Source: an uncultured Desulfosarcina sp.
Lineage (GTDB): Bacteria > Desulfobacterota > Desulfobacteria > Desulfobacterales > Desulfosarcinaceae
Direction: 5' to 3'
NCBI GenBank assembly: GCA_963674945.2
Contig: CAXXWQ010000002.1
Coordinates: 576,001 to 640,000 of the forward strand
Length of the DNA stretch: 64,000 nt
Part shown: piece by piece, positions 40,304-48,911 of the stretch
Position numbering within the stretch: position 1 is the stretch's first letter
How the letters are laid out: each line of letters starts with the position of its first letter
Position numbers and translations under genes: made by a program
The notes under the pieces: generated by a model
What the model was told of the DNA's origin: nothing
What the model saw: the letters and a program-made list of their open reading frames with translations, nothing else
Database searches by the model: none

Positions 40304-40402
40304 TTGGATTCTGTATTCTGTAGTTTTACCATGACATAATCTACAATTACTGTTATAATTGCAAAAATTCTTGATTAATCTAAAATCCAAATCACATACC
40401 CT

Positions 40403-43093
40403 ATGAGTCGTTTCATCGAAAAAAATTTTTGTCGGTGTTCGGTTCTGGTGTTGGAAACGATCGCTCATCTCCTGTCGATTGTCGGGCTGGGAAAATATTA
40501 CCGCTATTTCACTGCCGCGCTGATACGACAAAGCGGTCTATTTGATGATGCCTATTATCTGAAGAACAATCCCGACGTGGAGAAGGACGGATACGATCCG
40601 TTGCGGCATTATGTCGCCTATGGGGACAGGGAGAATCGTCTTCCCATGCCCCTTTTCGACCCGGCCTATTATCGTCGAAATGCCATTCAAAATCGTCCCG
40701 GTAATGTCAATACCCTGCTTCACTACAGGCTGGTGGGCCGGTTTCGGGGCATACCGACCAGTCCCTGGTTCGACACCGCCTACTATCTTTCCACGAATCG
40801 GGATGTAAAATTCAAGGGGGTAGACCCGCTCTCCCATTACCTGAAATATGGCGGGCGGGAGGGTCGGTCACCCTGCGCCACATTCGATGGCGCCAATTAT
40901 CTGCTGTCCCATCCTGATGTTGCCAGGGCGGGCGTCAATCCGCTGTTTCACCATTTGGGTTGCACCCAGGTGAAACAGGAGTCGACGTCGGAACTGCCGG
41001 TTGTGAAGATCTGTCGCGACCACAGTGGTGAACCTCCATCTGCGTTTCAGTGGAAAGTGCTCTCACCACTGAGAATCCATGGCCGACCGCTTGTCGATAT
41101 TATCGTTCCCGTTTACAAGGGGCGAACCGAGACGTTGCGCTGTATCTTCAATGTATTGCGCTTTGTTCAGAAAACCCCCTTCGCATTGGTGGTGATCAAC
41201 GATGCCAGTCCGGACCGGCGCCTTGCCGCCGAATTGGCCGATTTGTCCCGAACCCATGGATTTACCTGCATCGAAAACAAGACGAATATGGGATACGTCC
41301 GATCGGTGAACATGGGAATGAAGCTTCATCCGAAGCGGGACGTGGTATTGCTCAACGCCGATACGCAACCGTGCAACGACTGGTTGGACCGTCTTCGGAC
41401 CGCTGCCGATCGGGATCCTCGCATCGCCACGGTTACCCCGTTGTCCAACAATGCCACGATTTGCAGCTATCCGGTATTTGACAGCGACAATCCCTGTCCC
41501 ATCGAGATTTCCAGTGCCCACCTCGATCATATTGCCCGGAATGCCAATCCCGGCGTTTCCATCGAGACGCCAACGGCCGTGGGGTTCTGCATGTACATCA
41601 AGCGGGCCTGTCTGGACGACATCGGGCTCTTCGACGAATCGGCGTTTTCACGCGGATACGGGGAAGAGAACGACTTTTGTCAACGCGCCATCCGTTCCCG
41701 TTGGAAGCATGTGATCGCGACGGATGTCTTCGTCTGGCACTGGGGGGCACGATCTTTCAAGGGCCAGAAGGGGCGCCGGATCAGAAAAGCCCTCAAGATC
41801 CTGAAACGGCGATATCCCAACTACATGTCGGATGTCGCCGCATTCGTGGCCAAAGATCCCCTGCTGCCTGCCAGGCGGAGAATGGACGAGGCGCGCCTTT
41901 CCCAACAGATTGAAAAACAAAACGTTTTGGTGATTACCCACAACCGGGGCGGGGGAACACAGCGTAGCATCATCGAAAACGGCCAGCGTTTGCAAGACAA
42001 AGGCATGGGACTGTTTTTCTTAACGCCCTCGGGCGGTCGCCATCAGGCAAGGTTGTCATCCGTTCATGCCTGTCTTCTGCCGAATCTTCCACCCGTCGAC
42101 TTTCGCAAACCCAGCTCCTTTTTTTACGTTCTAAAAAGGTTTCAAATCACTCATATCCACGTTCACCAGCTGGTGGATCTGGGCGACGCCGCGCCTCGGG
42201 TCATTGCCGCCTGTGCCGATCAGGCAGGAGTACAACTGGATGTGTTTGTTCATGATTATCAGTCCATATGTCCCCGCATCAATATGGTCGATTCCACCGG
42301 TGTCTACTGTAAGAGTCCGGCGGAAAACATGTGCAATGCCTGTTTGAAGAAAAAAACGCCGGATGTGTTTTTCCGGCGGCGGGTTGATATTCTCACCTGG
42401 CGAAATGGATACGGCCGTTTGTTTGAAGCCGCTTCGGCGGTGAATGTCCCCAATGAGGATGTAAAGGACCGTTTGAATCACTGGTTTCCAACGGTACCGA
42501 TACATGTTCGGCCGCCGGAACCACCGATCCTTTTGCCTCGGACAAAATTGCACCGTTCCATTCGACCGGGAACTTCCATTCGCATCGTCGTTGTGGGGGC
42601 CATCGTGCCCATCAAAGGCTTTTATGTTCTCAAGGCCTGTGCCAAGGATGCTTTCAGGCGCCATCTTCCCATCGAATATGTCGTCATGGGGTTTACCAAG
42701 GACGACGCTTCATTGAAAAGAGTCGGCGTCACCATAACCGGCCGGTATATGGACCATGAAGGCGTACAAACCCTTCAGTCCCTGTCTCCCGATTTGGTCT
42801 GGCTGCCTTCCATATGGCCGGAAACCTATTCATACACCCTGAGCCTGGCCCTTTCCGCCGGTGCCGACATCGCCGCCTTTGATCTTGGTGCCATCCCCCG
42901 CCGATTACGGGCGGCCGGAAAAGGGGAATTTTTGCAGCCGCTGGATTGGATTCGACGGCCGTTCCGGATCAACGACGAGTTTGTAACGATCAGAAGCAGA
43001 AGGATCCGGGAAAATCTGGTCAGACTCTCCTTTTTTAATTCTTCCGGAAACGATCATGAGGCCCGCGCGTATGCCAAGGGGGTGGGGATGTGA
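40403..43093 (+). CDS. Multidomain glycosyltransferase (N-terminal repeats + GT2 + GT-B-like domain)
   Basis: FDxxYYLxxNPDV...PLxHY repeats, VDIIVPVY, INDAS, LLNAD, GFCMYI, GYGEENDFC, C-terminal PSIWPETYSYTLS. Confidence 0.88.
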   Translation: MSRFIEKNFCRCSVLVLETIAHLLSIVGLGKYYRYFTAALIRQSGLFDDAYYLKNNPDVEKDGYDPLRHYVAYGDRENRLPMPLFDPAYYRRNAIQNRPGNVNTLLHYRLVGRFRGIPTSPWFDTAYYLSTNRDVKFKGVDPLSHYLKYGGREGRSPCATFDGANYLLSHPDVARAGVNPLFHHLGCTQVKQESTSELPVVKICRDHSGEPPSAFQWKVLSPLRIHGRPLVDIIVPVYKGRTETLRCIFNVLRFVQKTPFALVVINDASPDRRLAAELADLSRTHGFTCIENKTNMGYVRSVNMGMKLHPKRDVVLLNADTQPCNDWLDRLRTAADRDPRIATVTPLSNNATICSYPVFDSDNPCPIEISSAHLDHIARNANPGVSIETPTAVGFCMYIKRACLDDIGLFDESAFSRGYGEENDFCQRAIRSRWKHVIATDVFVWHWGARSFKGQKGRRIRKALKILKRRYPNYMSDVAAFVAKDPLLPARRRMDEARLSQQIEKQNVLVITHNRGGGTQRSIIENGQRLQDKGMGLFFLTPSGGRHQARLSSVHACLLPNLPPVDFRKPSSFFYVLKRFQITHIHVHQLVDLGDAAPRVIAACADQAGVQLDVFVHDYQSICPRINMVDSTGVYCKSPAENMCNACLKKKTPDVFFRRRVDILTWRNGYGRLFEAASAVNVPNEDVKDRLNHWFPTVPIHVRPPEPPILLPRTKLHRSIRPGTSIRIVVVGAIVPIKGFYVLKACAKDAFRRHLPIEYVVMGFTKDDASLKRVGVTITGRYMDHEGVQTLQSLSPDLVWLPSIWPETYSYTLSLALSAGADIAAFDLGAIPRRLRAAGKGEFLQPLDWIRRPFRINDEFVTIRSRRIRENLVRLSFFNSSGNDHEARAYAKGVGM

Positions 43094-43152
43094 GTGTGGG
43101 GAACAGATGAACGTTGACCATTGAATGTTGTGATCGCAAGCATTTTGACAAG

Positions 43153-43300
43153 AGAATTCAGGAGACGAAAATCAGAATCCAGGAGTCAGAAGTCAGAATC
43201 CAGAATGTGGATTCGCCTTCGGCTCAATCGATTTAAATAACGATGGAGCGAAGCGACAACCTATCTATTCTGGCTTCTGACTCCTGGATTCTGTATTCTG
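43153..43300 (+). repeat. Empty heptamer inverted-repeat element
   Basis: Left arm, TCGCCTTCGGCTCAATCG-ATTTAAATAA-CGATGGAGCGAAGCGA, right arm TTCTGGC TTCTGAC TCCTGGA TTCTGTA TTCTG. Confidence 0.92.
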
Positions 43301-43306
43301 GTTTTT

Positions 43307-44374
43307 ATGCCTCTTTCACCCCGATATCCTTCGATAACTTCGCCTTTCCGTTCCCTGCTTTCCCGATTTTTCGAAACCGTCGCCGGCGGCAAGGGCCTTC
43401 TTCGGCCGCTTTCGGGTCGTGGCGATCTAAGGCCGAAACGTGTCGTGATTCTATCACCGGGCGCAATCCCCACCACGGACATCTACCTCACGAAACGGTT
43501 CCGGGGAAATTTCGTCGATACCGTTCGAACCGTGGATACGCTGCTCCAGCGGCCGGCGGCGGTTGTTGTCGGCGAAACGCCCATCATGATCGTGGTGGTC
43601 CGATACGCTCCGTTGCCATGGCTCAGATGGGTGGCGCGACGCCAGGCGGCAGGTGACTTCGTGGTCTATTTTATGGATGACGACATGCCCATGACCACCC
43701 GTTCACCCGAACTCCCCTTCTCCTATGCCGTGAAAACCGGTTGGCGGTATGCCATGACAAAAAGATCCCTGTGCCGCCATTGCAATGAGATTTGGCTCTC
43801 AACCGCCGCGTTGGCGCGGCGATATCCCGAATCTGCGGCACGGGTCATAGAACCGGTTTTTATGGTTCCCGGAGAAACGAATACCAACGGGCCGGTCTAT
43901 TTTTACCATGGTACCAGGGCGCATCGATGGGAGATGCAATGGCTTGTACCGGTGGTAAAGGCCGTACAGCAGGAGTCTCCCCATGCGTGGTTTGAAATCA
44001 TGGGGAACCATCGGGTCCGGCGACTCTTCAAGGGGATTCCCCGGGTTCGGGTGATTCATCCCATGCCTTGGCCGGATTATCTTGAATACACCGGTTGCTG
44101 CCGTTTTCAGGTCGGTCTGGCACCGTGTATGGATACATCCTTCAACCGGGGACGCTCTCACACGAAGGTATTCGATATCACGCGCATGGGGGCTGCCGGC
44201 ATTTATTCGTCGGGGATTGTCTATGGTAATACGGTGGTTCATGGACAGACCGGCCTTCTATGCAGAAATCACCAAAAAAGATGGGTCGCGGCAATCCTTT
44301 TGTTGTTCGCGGATCCGTCGCTGCGGGATCGCCTGTATCGCGGGGCGCTGGAGTGGTGTGAGGAACGACAGTAA
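43307..44374 (+). CDS. Putative glycosyltransferase (GT-B-like)
   Basis: VVYFMDDD, YHGT..H, VGLAP...FNRGRS.TK, VVHGQTGLL; capsule context. Confidence 0.72.
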   Translation: MPLSPRYPSITSPFRSLLSRFFETVAGGKGLLRPLSGRGDLRPKRVVILSPGAIPTTDIYLTKRFRGNFVDTVRTVDTLLQRPAAVVVGETPIMIVVVRYAPLPWLRWVARRQAAGDFVVYFMDDDMPMTTRSPELPFSYAVKTGWRYAMTKRSLCRHCNEIWLSTAALARRYPESAARVIEPVFMVPGETNTNGPVYFYHGTRAHRWEMQWLVPVVKAVQQESPHAWFEIMGNHRVRRLFKGIPRVRVIHPMPWPDYLEYTGCCRFQVGLAPCMDTSFNRGRSHTKVFDITRMGAAGIYSSGIVYGNTVVHGQTGLLCRNHQKRWVAAILLLFADPSLRDRLYRGALEWCEERQ

Positions 44375-44479
44375 CAAAAAATTCCAATAAACAAATTCCA
44401 AATCACAAATAAATTCCAATGACCAAATAACAAAACAGCAGAATTCAGGAGTCAGAAGTCAGAATCCAGAAGGTGGATT

Positions 44480-44605
44480 AGTTGTATTCAAACCGGGTGC
44501 TTTGCACCCGGAATCACCCCGAACGATGAAAGCACTAACGTGCTTTTGGATATCCGGCCCATGGCCGAATATCCAAGTCACCCGCTTTGCGGGTGATCGT
44601 TGACG
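44480..44605. repeat. 126-bp multi-hairpin insert, copy 1
   Basis: Four hairpins; identical to 55463-55588; absent from the other element copies. Confidence 0.85.
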
Positions 44606-44653
44606 CGCCTTTGGCTCAATCATAAATAAAGAGCTGGAAATCCAGAATGTAGA

Positions 44654-45017
44654 ATGAAACGAGCACCGGCAAAAATTTTCAGGACTTGATTGTATGGCAA
44701 AAAGCGCATCAATTTGTTTTGGCTGTGTATCGCTATAGTGAATCATTCCCTAAGAATGAGATTTATGGGCTGACTTCACAATTGAGAAGATCCGCTGTTT
44801 CAATTCCAGCGAACATCGCAGAAGGATTCAAGAAAAAGACCAGGCCAGACAAGGCAAGGTTTTTAAATATAGCACAGGGCTCCCTTGAAGAGACACGGTA
44901 CTATCTATTTTGGCAGCAGATCTCGGTTATGGTGAAAATGTTGAATTGGCAAACCAACTTCGGGAGATCAGTAAATTGCTGGAAGGTTACCTTTCTTCCA
45001 TTTTGCATTCTGTATAG
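44654..45017 (+). pseudogene. Four-helix-bundle protein (23S rRNA IVS/Avd-like), two frameshifts
   Basis: LIVWQKAH...FPKNEIYGLTSQLRRSAVSIPANIAEG...FLNIAQGSLEETRYY; A5 instead of A6 at 44671 and a 1-nt deletion near 44905. Confidence 0.9.
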
Positions 45018-45060
45018 AGGCAACGGTAATATTCAAATTGAAGGAGCGAAGCGACACCTT

Positions 45061-45249
45061 CTCCTGGCTCCTGGCTCCTGGCTCCTGGCTCCTGGCTCCT
45101 GGCTCCTGGCTCCTGGCTCCTGGCTCCTGGCTCCTGGCTCCTGGCTCCTGGCTCCTGGCTCCTGGCTCCTGGCTCCTGGCTCCTGGCTCCTGGCTCCTGG
45201 CTCCTGGCTCCTGGCTCCTGGCTCCTGGCTCCTGGCTCCTGGCTCCTGG
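45061..45249. repeat. (CTCCTGG)27 tandem array
   Basis: 189 bp, 27 perfect units. Confidence 0.97.
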
Positions 45250-45319
45250 ATTCTGACTCCTGGATTCTGAATTCTACAGTTTTGTGGTTAAAAAAAGTTA
45301 CCTGAAAACACAATCAATC

Positions 45320-47401
45320 ATGGAAAATAATAACAGTCCCACTCCCATCATCGGCACCTTTTCACGGGGGCTTGTTACTAGACGGCACCTCGGCGCCGCA
45401 TTGGGCGGCCGGGTCCTGCGATTGGGAAGGCATAACGACGGTACTGCCCTGTCTGCCGTTGTTGGCTGGGGACGAAAGGACAACACGAATCGGGCAAGGA
45501 GTTTCGCAGCCAACGCCGGTTTGCCGTACATCTGTATCGAAGACGGGTTTATTCGATCCATCGGCCTGGGTGTGAACAATGCACAGCCATTCGGCTTCAT
45601 CGTCGATACATCCGCCATCTACTACGATGCGACCCGGCCATCGGACCTGGAAATCCTCATTCAAAGCAACGGCGAGGGGGGGGGGGACCTTGATCGCGCA
45701 CGCAGGCTCATGGCCCGCATCGTGAAGGAACAGATCTACAAGTACAACCACGTCTGGGACAGCGTTCGTCTGCCACAGACCCGTCGACCACGAATCCTCC
45801 TCATTGACCAGACCCGGGGTGACCTCTCCGTCACGTATGGGATGGCCGGCGCCGACAGCTTCCGGCAAATGCTGGATTCTGCCAGAAAGCGATATCCGGA
45901 TGGCGCCTTTTTCGTCAAGACGCATCCGGACGTCATTGCGGGAAAGAAAAAGGGGTATCTGCTCGATGACCTGCCGGCCGATGTCATGCGAATCGGAGAT
46001 GACTGTAACCCCTACGCCCTGCTCCATCAGGTTGACCACGTCTATACGGTGTCCAGCCAGATGGGATTCGAAGCGCTCCTGGCGGGAAAACCGGTGACAT
46101 GTTTCGGAATGCCCTTCTACGCCGGATGGGGGGTGACGGAGGATCGGGTTCACTGTGCGCGCAGGGGCGTCACCCGTTCCATGGAAGCGCTTTTTGACGC
46201 CGCCTATCTGAAGTACGTTCGATACGTGGATCCGTTGACAGGGGATCCTTGCGAGCTGGAGCAGATTCTCGACAGAATCGTTTTTCACAAACAGGTGGCA
46301 CTGGAAAACAAAGGCAAGGTGTTTTGTTTCGGGTTTCGTTTCTGGAAAAGGGGGATCATCAACCGGTTTCTGGATGCATCCGATGCCGATGTCCGGTTTA
46401 CGAGGCGTCCGGAGACGGCCGAACGGACAGGACTCGATGGCGAGAGTCGCATCGCCGTCTGGGGCCTTCGCAATGATACCGGTGTCATGAAACTGGCCAC
46501 GCGCCATGGGATTCGGGTGGAGCGGATCGAGGACGGGTTTATCCGATCCGTCGGTTTGGGATCCGATTTCGCTCCTCCCTCGTCCCTTATCGTGGATCGT
46601 CGGGGCATCTATTTCGATCCCCGTCGTCCCAGCGAGTTGGAGAACCTTCTCAACACGGTGGTCCTCGATGGAAACGCCAGAAAAGCGGCCCGTCGATTGC
46701 GGCGATCCATCATTGCATTGGGGATGAGCAAATACAACACGGGCTGCAATGAACCGCTGCACGTGGACGCGCAACCGGACCAACCGGTCGTCCTCGTTCC
46801 CGGGCAGGTGGAAGACGATGCCTCCATCCAGGCGGGCTGCGTGGATATTCGGACCAACATCGGCCTCCTCAAAGCGGTCCGCCGCCAATCTCCCGATGCA
46901 TACATCATTTACAAACCCCATCCCGATGTCCTGGCGGGCAATCGTCGCGGGTTCATTCCCAAGGATCGTGCGCTTTCCCATTGTGACAGAATTGTGACAG
47001 ACCGGAATATCATCCAATGTCTGGATCGTGTTGACCAGGTCCATACCCTGACCTCCCTGACGGGGTTCGAGGCGCTGTTACGGGATAAGGCCGTTTTCAC
47101 TTACGGGCGTCCCTTCTATTCCGGATGGGGGCTCACCGTTGACCGTCATCCCTCACCGCGCCGCACACGTAGTTTGACCATAGATGAACTGGTTTATTGC
47201 AGTCTGATTCTTTATCCGCGCTACTACGATTGGGATGCCCGCTGTTTCGTTCAGGCGGAGGATGTCGTCGAAAAACTTCGCAAACAACTGCTCAGCCGCG
47301 ACCTTTCCATCAAACCATCCGTGCACCGGCATCTTCGCCGCAAGGCCCTGTTTCTTATGGAGGATCTGCGCGAGGCAATGGGGACGATACGGATCAAATG
47401 A
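45320..47401 (+). CDS. kpsC: Capsule biosynthesis beta-Kdo transferase KpsC
   Basis: Two homologous domains: GWGRK, IEDGFIRS (twice), KYN (twice), KTHPD/KPHPD, GFEALL, PFY.GWG; start set at ATG 45320. Confidence 0.95.
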   Translation: MENNNSPTPIIGTFSRGLVTRRHLGAALGGRVLRLGRHNDGTALSAVVGWGRKDNTNRARSFAANAGLPYICIEDGFIRSIGLGVNNAQPFGFIVDTSAIYYDATRPSDLEILIQSNGEGGGDLDRARRLMARIVKEQIYKYNHVWDSVRLPQTRRPRILLIDQTRGDLSVTYGMAGADSFRQMLDSARKRYPDGAFFVKTHPDVIAGKKKGYLLDDLPADVMRIGDDCNPYALLHQVDHVYTVSSQMGFEALLAGKPVTCFGMPFYAGWGVTEDRVHCARRGVTRSMEALFDAAYLKYVRYVDPLTGDPCELEQILDRIVFHKQVALENKGKVFCFGFRFWKRGIINRFLDASDADVRFTRRPETAERTGLDGESRIAVWGLRNDTGVMKLATRHGIRVERIEDGFIRSVGLGSDFAPPSSLIVDRRGIYFDPRRPSELENLLNTVVLDGNARKAARRLRRSIIALGMSKYNTGCNEPLHVDAQPDQPVVLVPGQVEDDASIQAGCVDIRTNIGLLKAVRRQSPDAYIIYKPHPDVLAGNRRGFIPKDRALSHCDRIVTDRNIIQCLDRVDQVHTLTSLTGFEALLRDKAVFTYGRPFYSGWGLTVDRHPSPRRTRSLTIDELVYCSLILYPRYYDWDARCFVQAEDVVEKLRKQLLSRDLSIKPSVHRHLRRKALFLMEDLREAMGTIRIK

Positions 47402-47406
47402 TATAT

Positions 47407-47623
47407 AAATCTCAAATCACAAGCAACAAATAGCAAACAAACGCCAAATTTCAATGACCAAACAACAAACGGATCACATAACTAAATATGAAATTTTCAT
47501 CTTACCGATCGGGTTGTTTGGAATTTGAAAAATTGTTTATTGGGATTTGTTTGTGATTTGGAATTTGGTTATTGTGATTTCTTTATAGCGGAGCGCAGCG
47601 ACAGCATAGCCATCCTGGCTCCT
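47407..47623. repeat. CAAAT-family heptamer inverted element plus orphan motif R
   Basis: AAATCTC AAATCAC AAGCAAC AAATAGC AAACAAA ... TTTGTTT GTGATTT GGAATTT GGTTATT GTGATTT, then GGAGCGCAGCGAC...CCTGGCTCCT. Confidence 0.85.
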
Positions 47624-47702
47624 TTTCCCTTGAGGAAGTCGGATCGGATGTGGTAAAGATACCGTTTGGTAATTTTTTATAGAGCAGCGCATTTCCCGAA
47701 AA

Positions 47703-48911
47703 GTGAATGAATGCATGATCGGATCGGTCAAAAATAAAAATTGTCTGCTGCTGCAAGGGCCCATGGGCCCTTTTTTTCGCAAGTTGGACAAGGAACTTCG
47801 CCGCCGCGGCGCAAATGTGCACCGCATCTGCTTCAATGGCGGTGACTTTCTGTATGCCAACAAGGACAATTGCCGCAACTTTACCGGAACCCCGGAGAAA
47901 TGGCCCTTTTTTATTGCCCGTTTCCTGAAAAAACACCGTATCCAAATGATTTTTCTTTACGGGGACTGCCGGTACTATCACAAACAGGCCAAATTGGCTG
48001 CCGCCGGATTGGGTATAGACGTCTATGTGTTCGAAGAGGGGTATGTCCGTCCCAATTTCATCACCCTCGAAAAGGGTGGGGTGAATGCCCACAGCAGCAT
48101 GCCGGCCGAGGCTGACGATTATCGCAACGATACGCCATCAAAACCCGTCGTCCATAACCAGGATGTCGGCAGATACGCTTTTCAGAACTGGACCCTTTGT
48201 ACAATCGCCTACTATGTGGCCATGCGGCTTCTCTTCTGGTACTATCCCGGCTACCGTCATCACCGCGACGATTCCGTTTTAAAGGAAGCCTTTTACGGCA
48301 TTCGAAACGGCTGTCGGAAGATCGCCCACGGCATCGTGGAGCGGAATCTGGCTGCCTTCATATCGACAAAGCTTACCAAACGGTACTTTTTCGTACCCCT
48401 GCAGACCATCGGTGATTTCCAGATCAGCGAATATTCCCCCTTCGTCGATATGAAGGACTTTATCGGGGTCGTGATGCGATCATTCGCCGTCCATGCGCCC
48501 AAAGATCTGTTTTTAATCATCAAGCACCATCCCTTGGACCGGGGGCGTGTCAACTACAATGCCCATATCCGAAAGGCCGCCAAAAGCCTGGGCATCGCCG
48601 ACCGTGTCCTCTCCATCCATGACGTGCATCTTCCCACCTGCCTGATGCATGCCATTGGAACGGTTACCGTCAACAGTACCGTGGGAATCGCCTCCCTGTT
48701 TCACGAAACGCCGACAATCGTATTGGGAAAGGCACTTTACGATATTGACGGGCTCACCTGCAAGGGAATGGCCCTTGAGCGATTCTGGACCCGGTGCCGA
48801 ACTCCCGAAAAGCAGCTGTTCAACCGTTTTCGAGCCCGCCTCATCGAACAGACCCAGTGCAAGGGGTCTTTCTACAGTGGCTTTCCCGGAACTCTTTTTA
48901 AAAGCGTATGA
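47703..48911 (+). CDS. kpsS: Capsule biosynthesis beta-Kdo transferase KpsS
   Basis: LLLQGPMGPFF, FNGGD, GDCR, FEEGYVRP, VPLQ..D.Q, KHHPLDRG, VNSTVG. Confidence 0.95.
   Translation: MNECMIGSVKNKNCLLLQGPMGPFFRKLDKELRRRGANVHRICFNGGDFLYANKDNCRNFTGTPEKWPFFIARFLKKHRIQMIFLYGDCRYYHKQAKLAAAGLGIDVYVFEEGYVRPNFITLEKGGVNAHSSMPAEADDYRNDTPSKPVVHNQDVGRYAFQNWTLCTIAYYVAMRLLFWYYPGYRHHRDDSVLKEAFYGIRNGCRKIAHGIVERNLAAFISTKLTKRYFFVPLQTIGDFQISEYSPFVDMKDFIGVVMRSFAVHAPKDLFLIIKHHPLDRGRVNYNAHIRKAAKSLGIADRVLSIHDVHLPTCLMHAIGTVTVNSTVGIASLFHETPTIVLGKALYDIDGLTCKGMALERFWTRCRTPEKQLFNRFRARLIEQTQCKGSFYSGFPGTLFKSV

Larger units (their letters stand above)
39805..40320 (+). repeat. Multiply nested heptamer element complex
   Basis: CAAAT-family arm, AG(A/G)A arm (39830), motif L, gene fragment, motif R variant, right arms of three families, then a TAAGCTC array. 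Confidence 0.88.
44379..45276 (+). mobile_element. Full composite heptamer-flanked element carrying a four-helix-bundle gene (copy A)
   Basis: CAAAT arm, five-heptamer arm (44440), motif L split by a 126-bp insert, gene, motif R, (CTCCTGG)27; homologous to 55393-56329. Confidence 0.8.

Noticed and set aside
44987..45313. ORFs with LLAPGSW / SQEPGAR repeats (also 55971-56382)
   Set aside because: Simply the translation of the stop-free (CTCCTGG)n arrays in several frames.
445..47044. Long antisense ORFs (e.g. 445-1422, 8854-10179, 18392-19792, 29967-31265, 45362-47044)
   Set aside because: Shadows of well-supported genes in GC-rich DNA, with no recognisable motifs.
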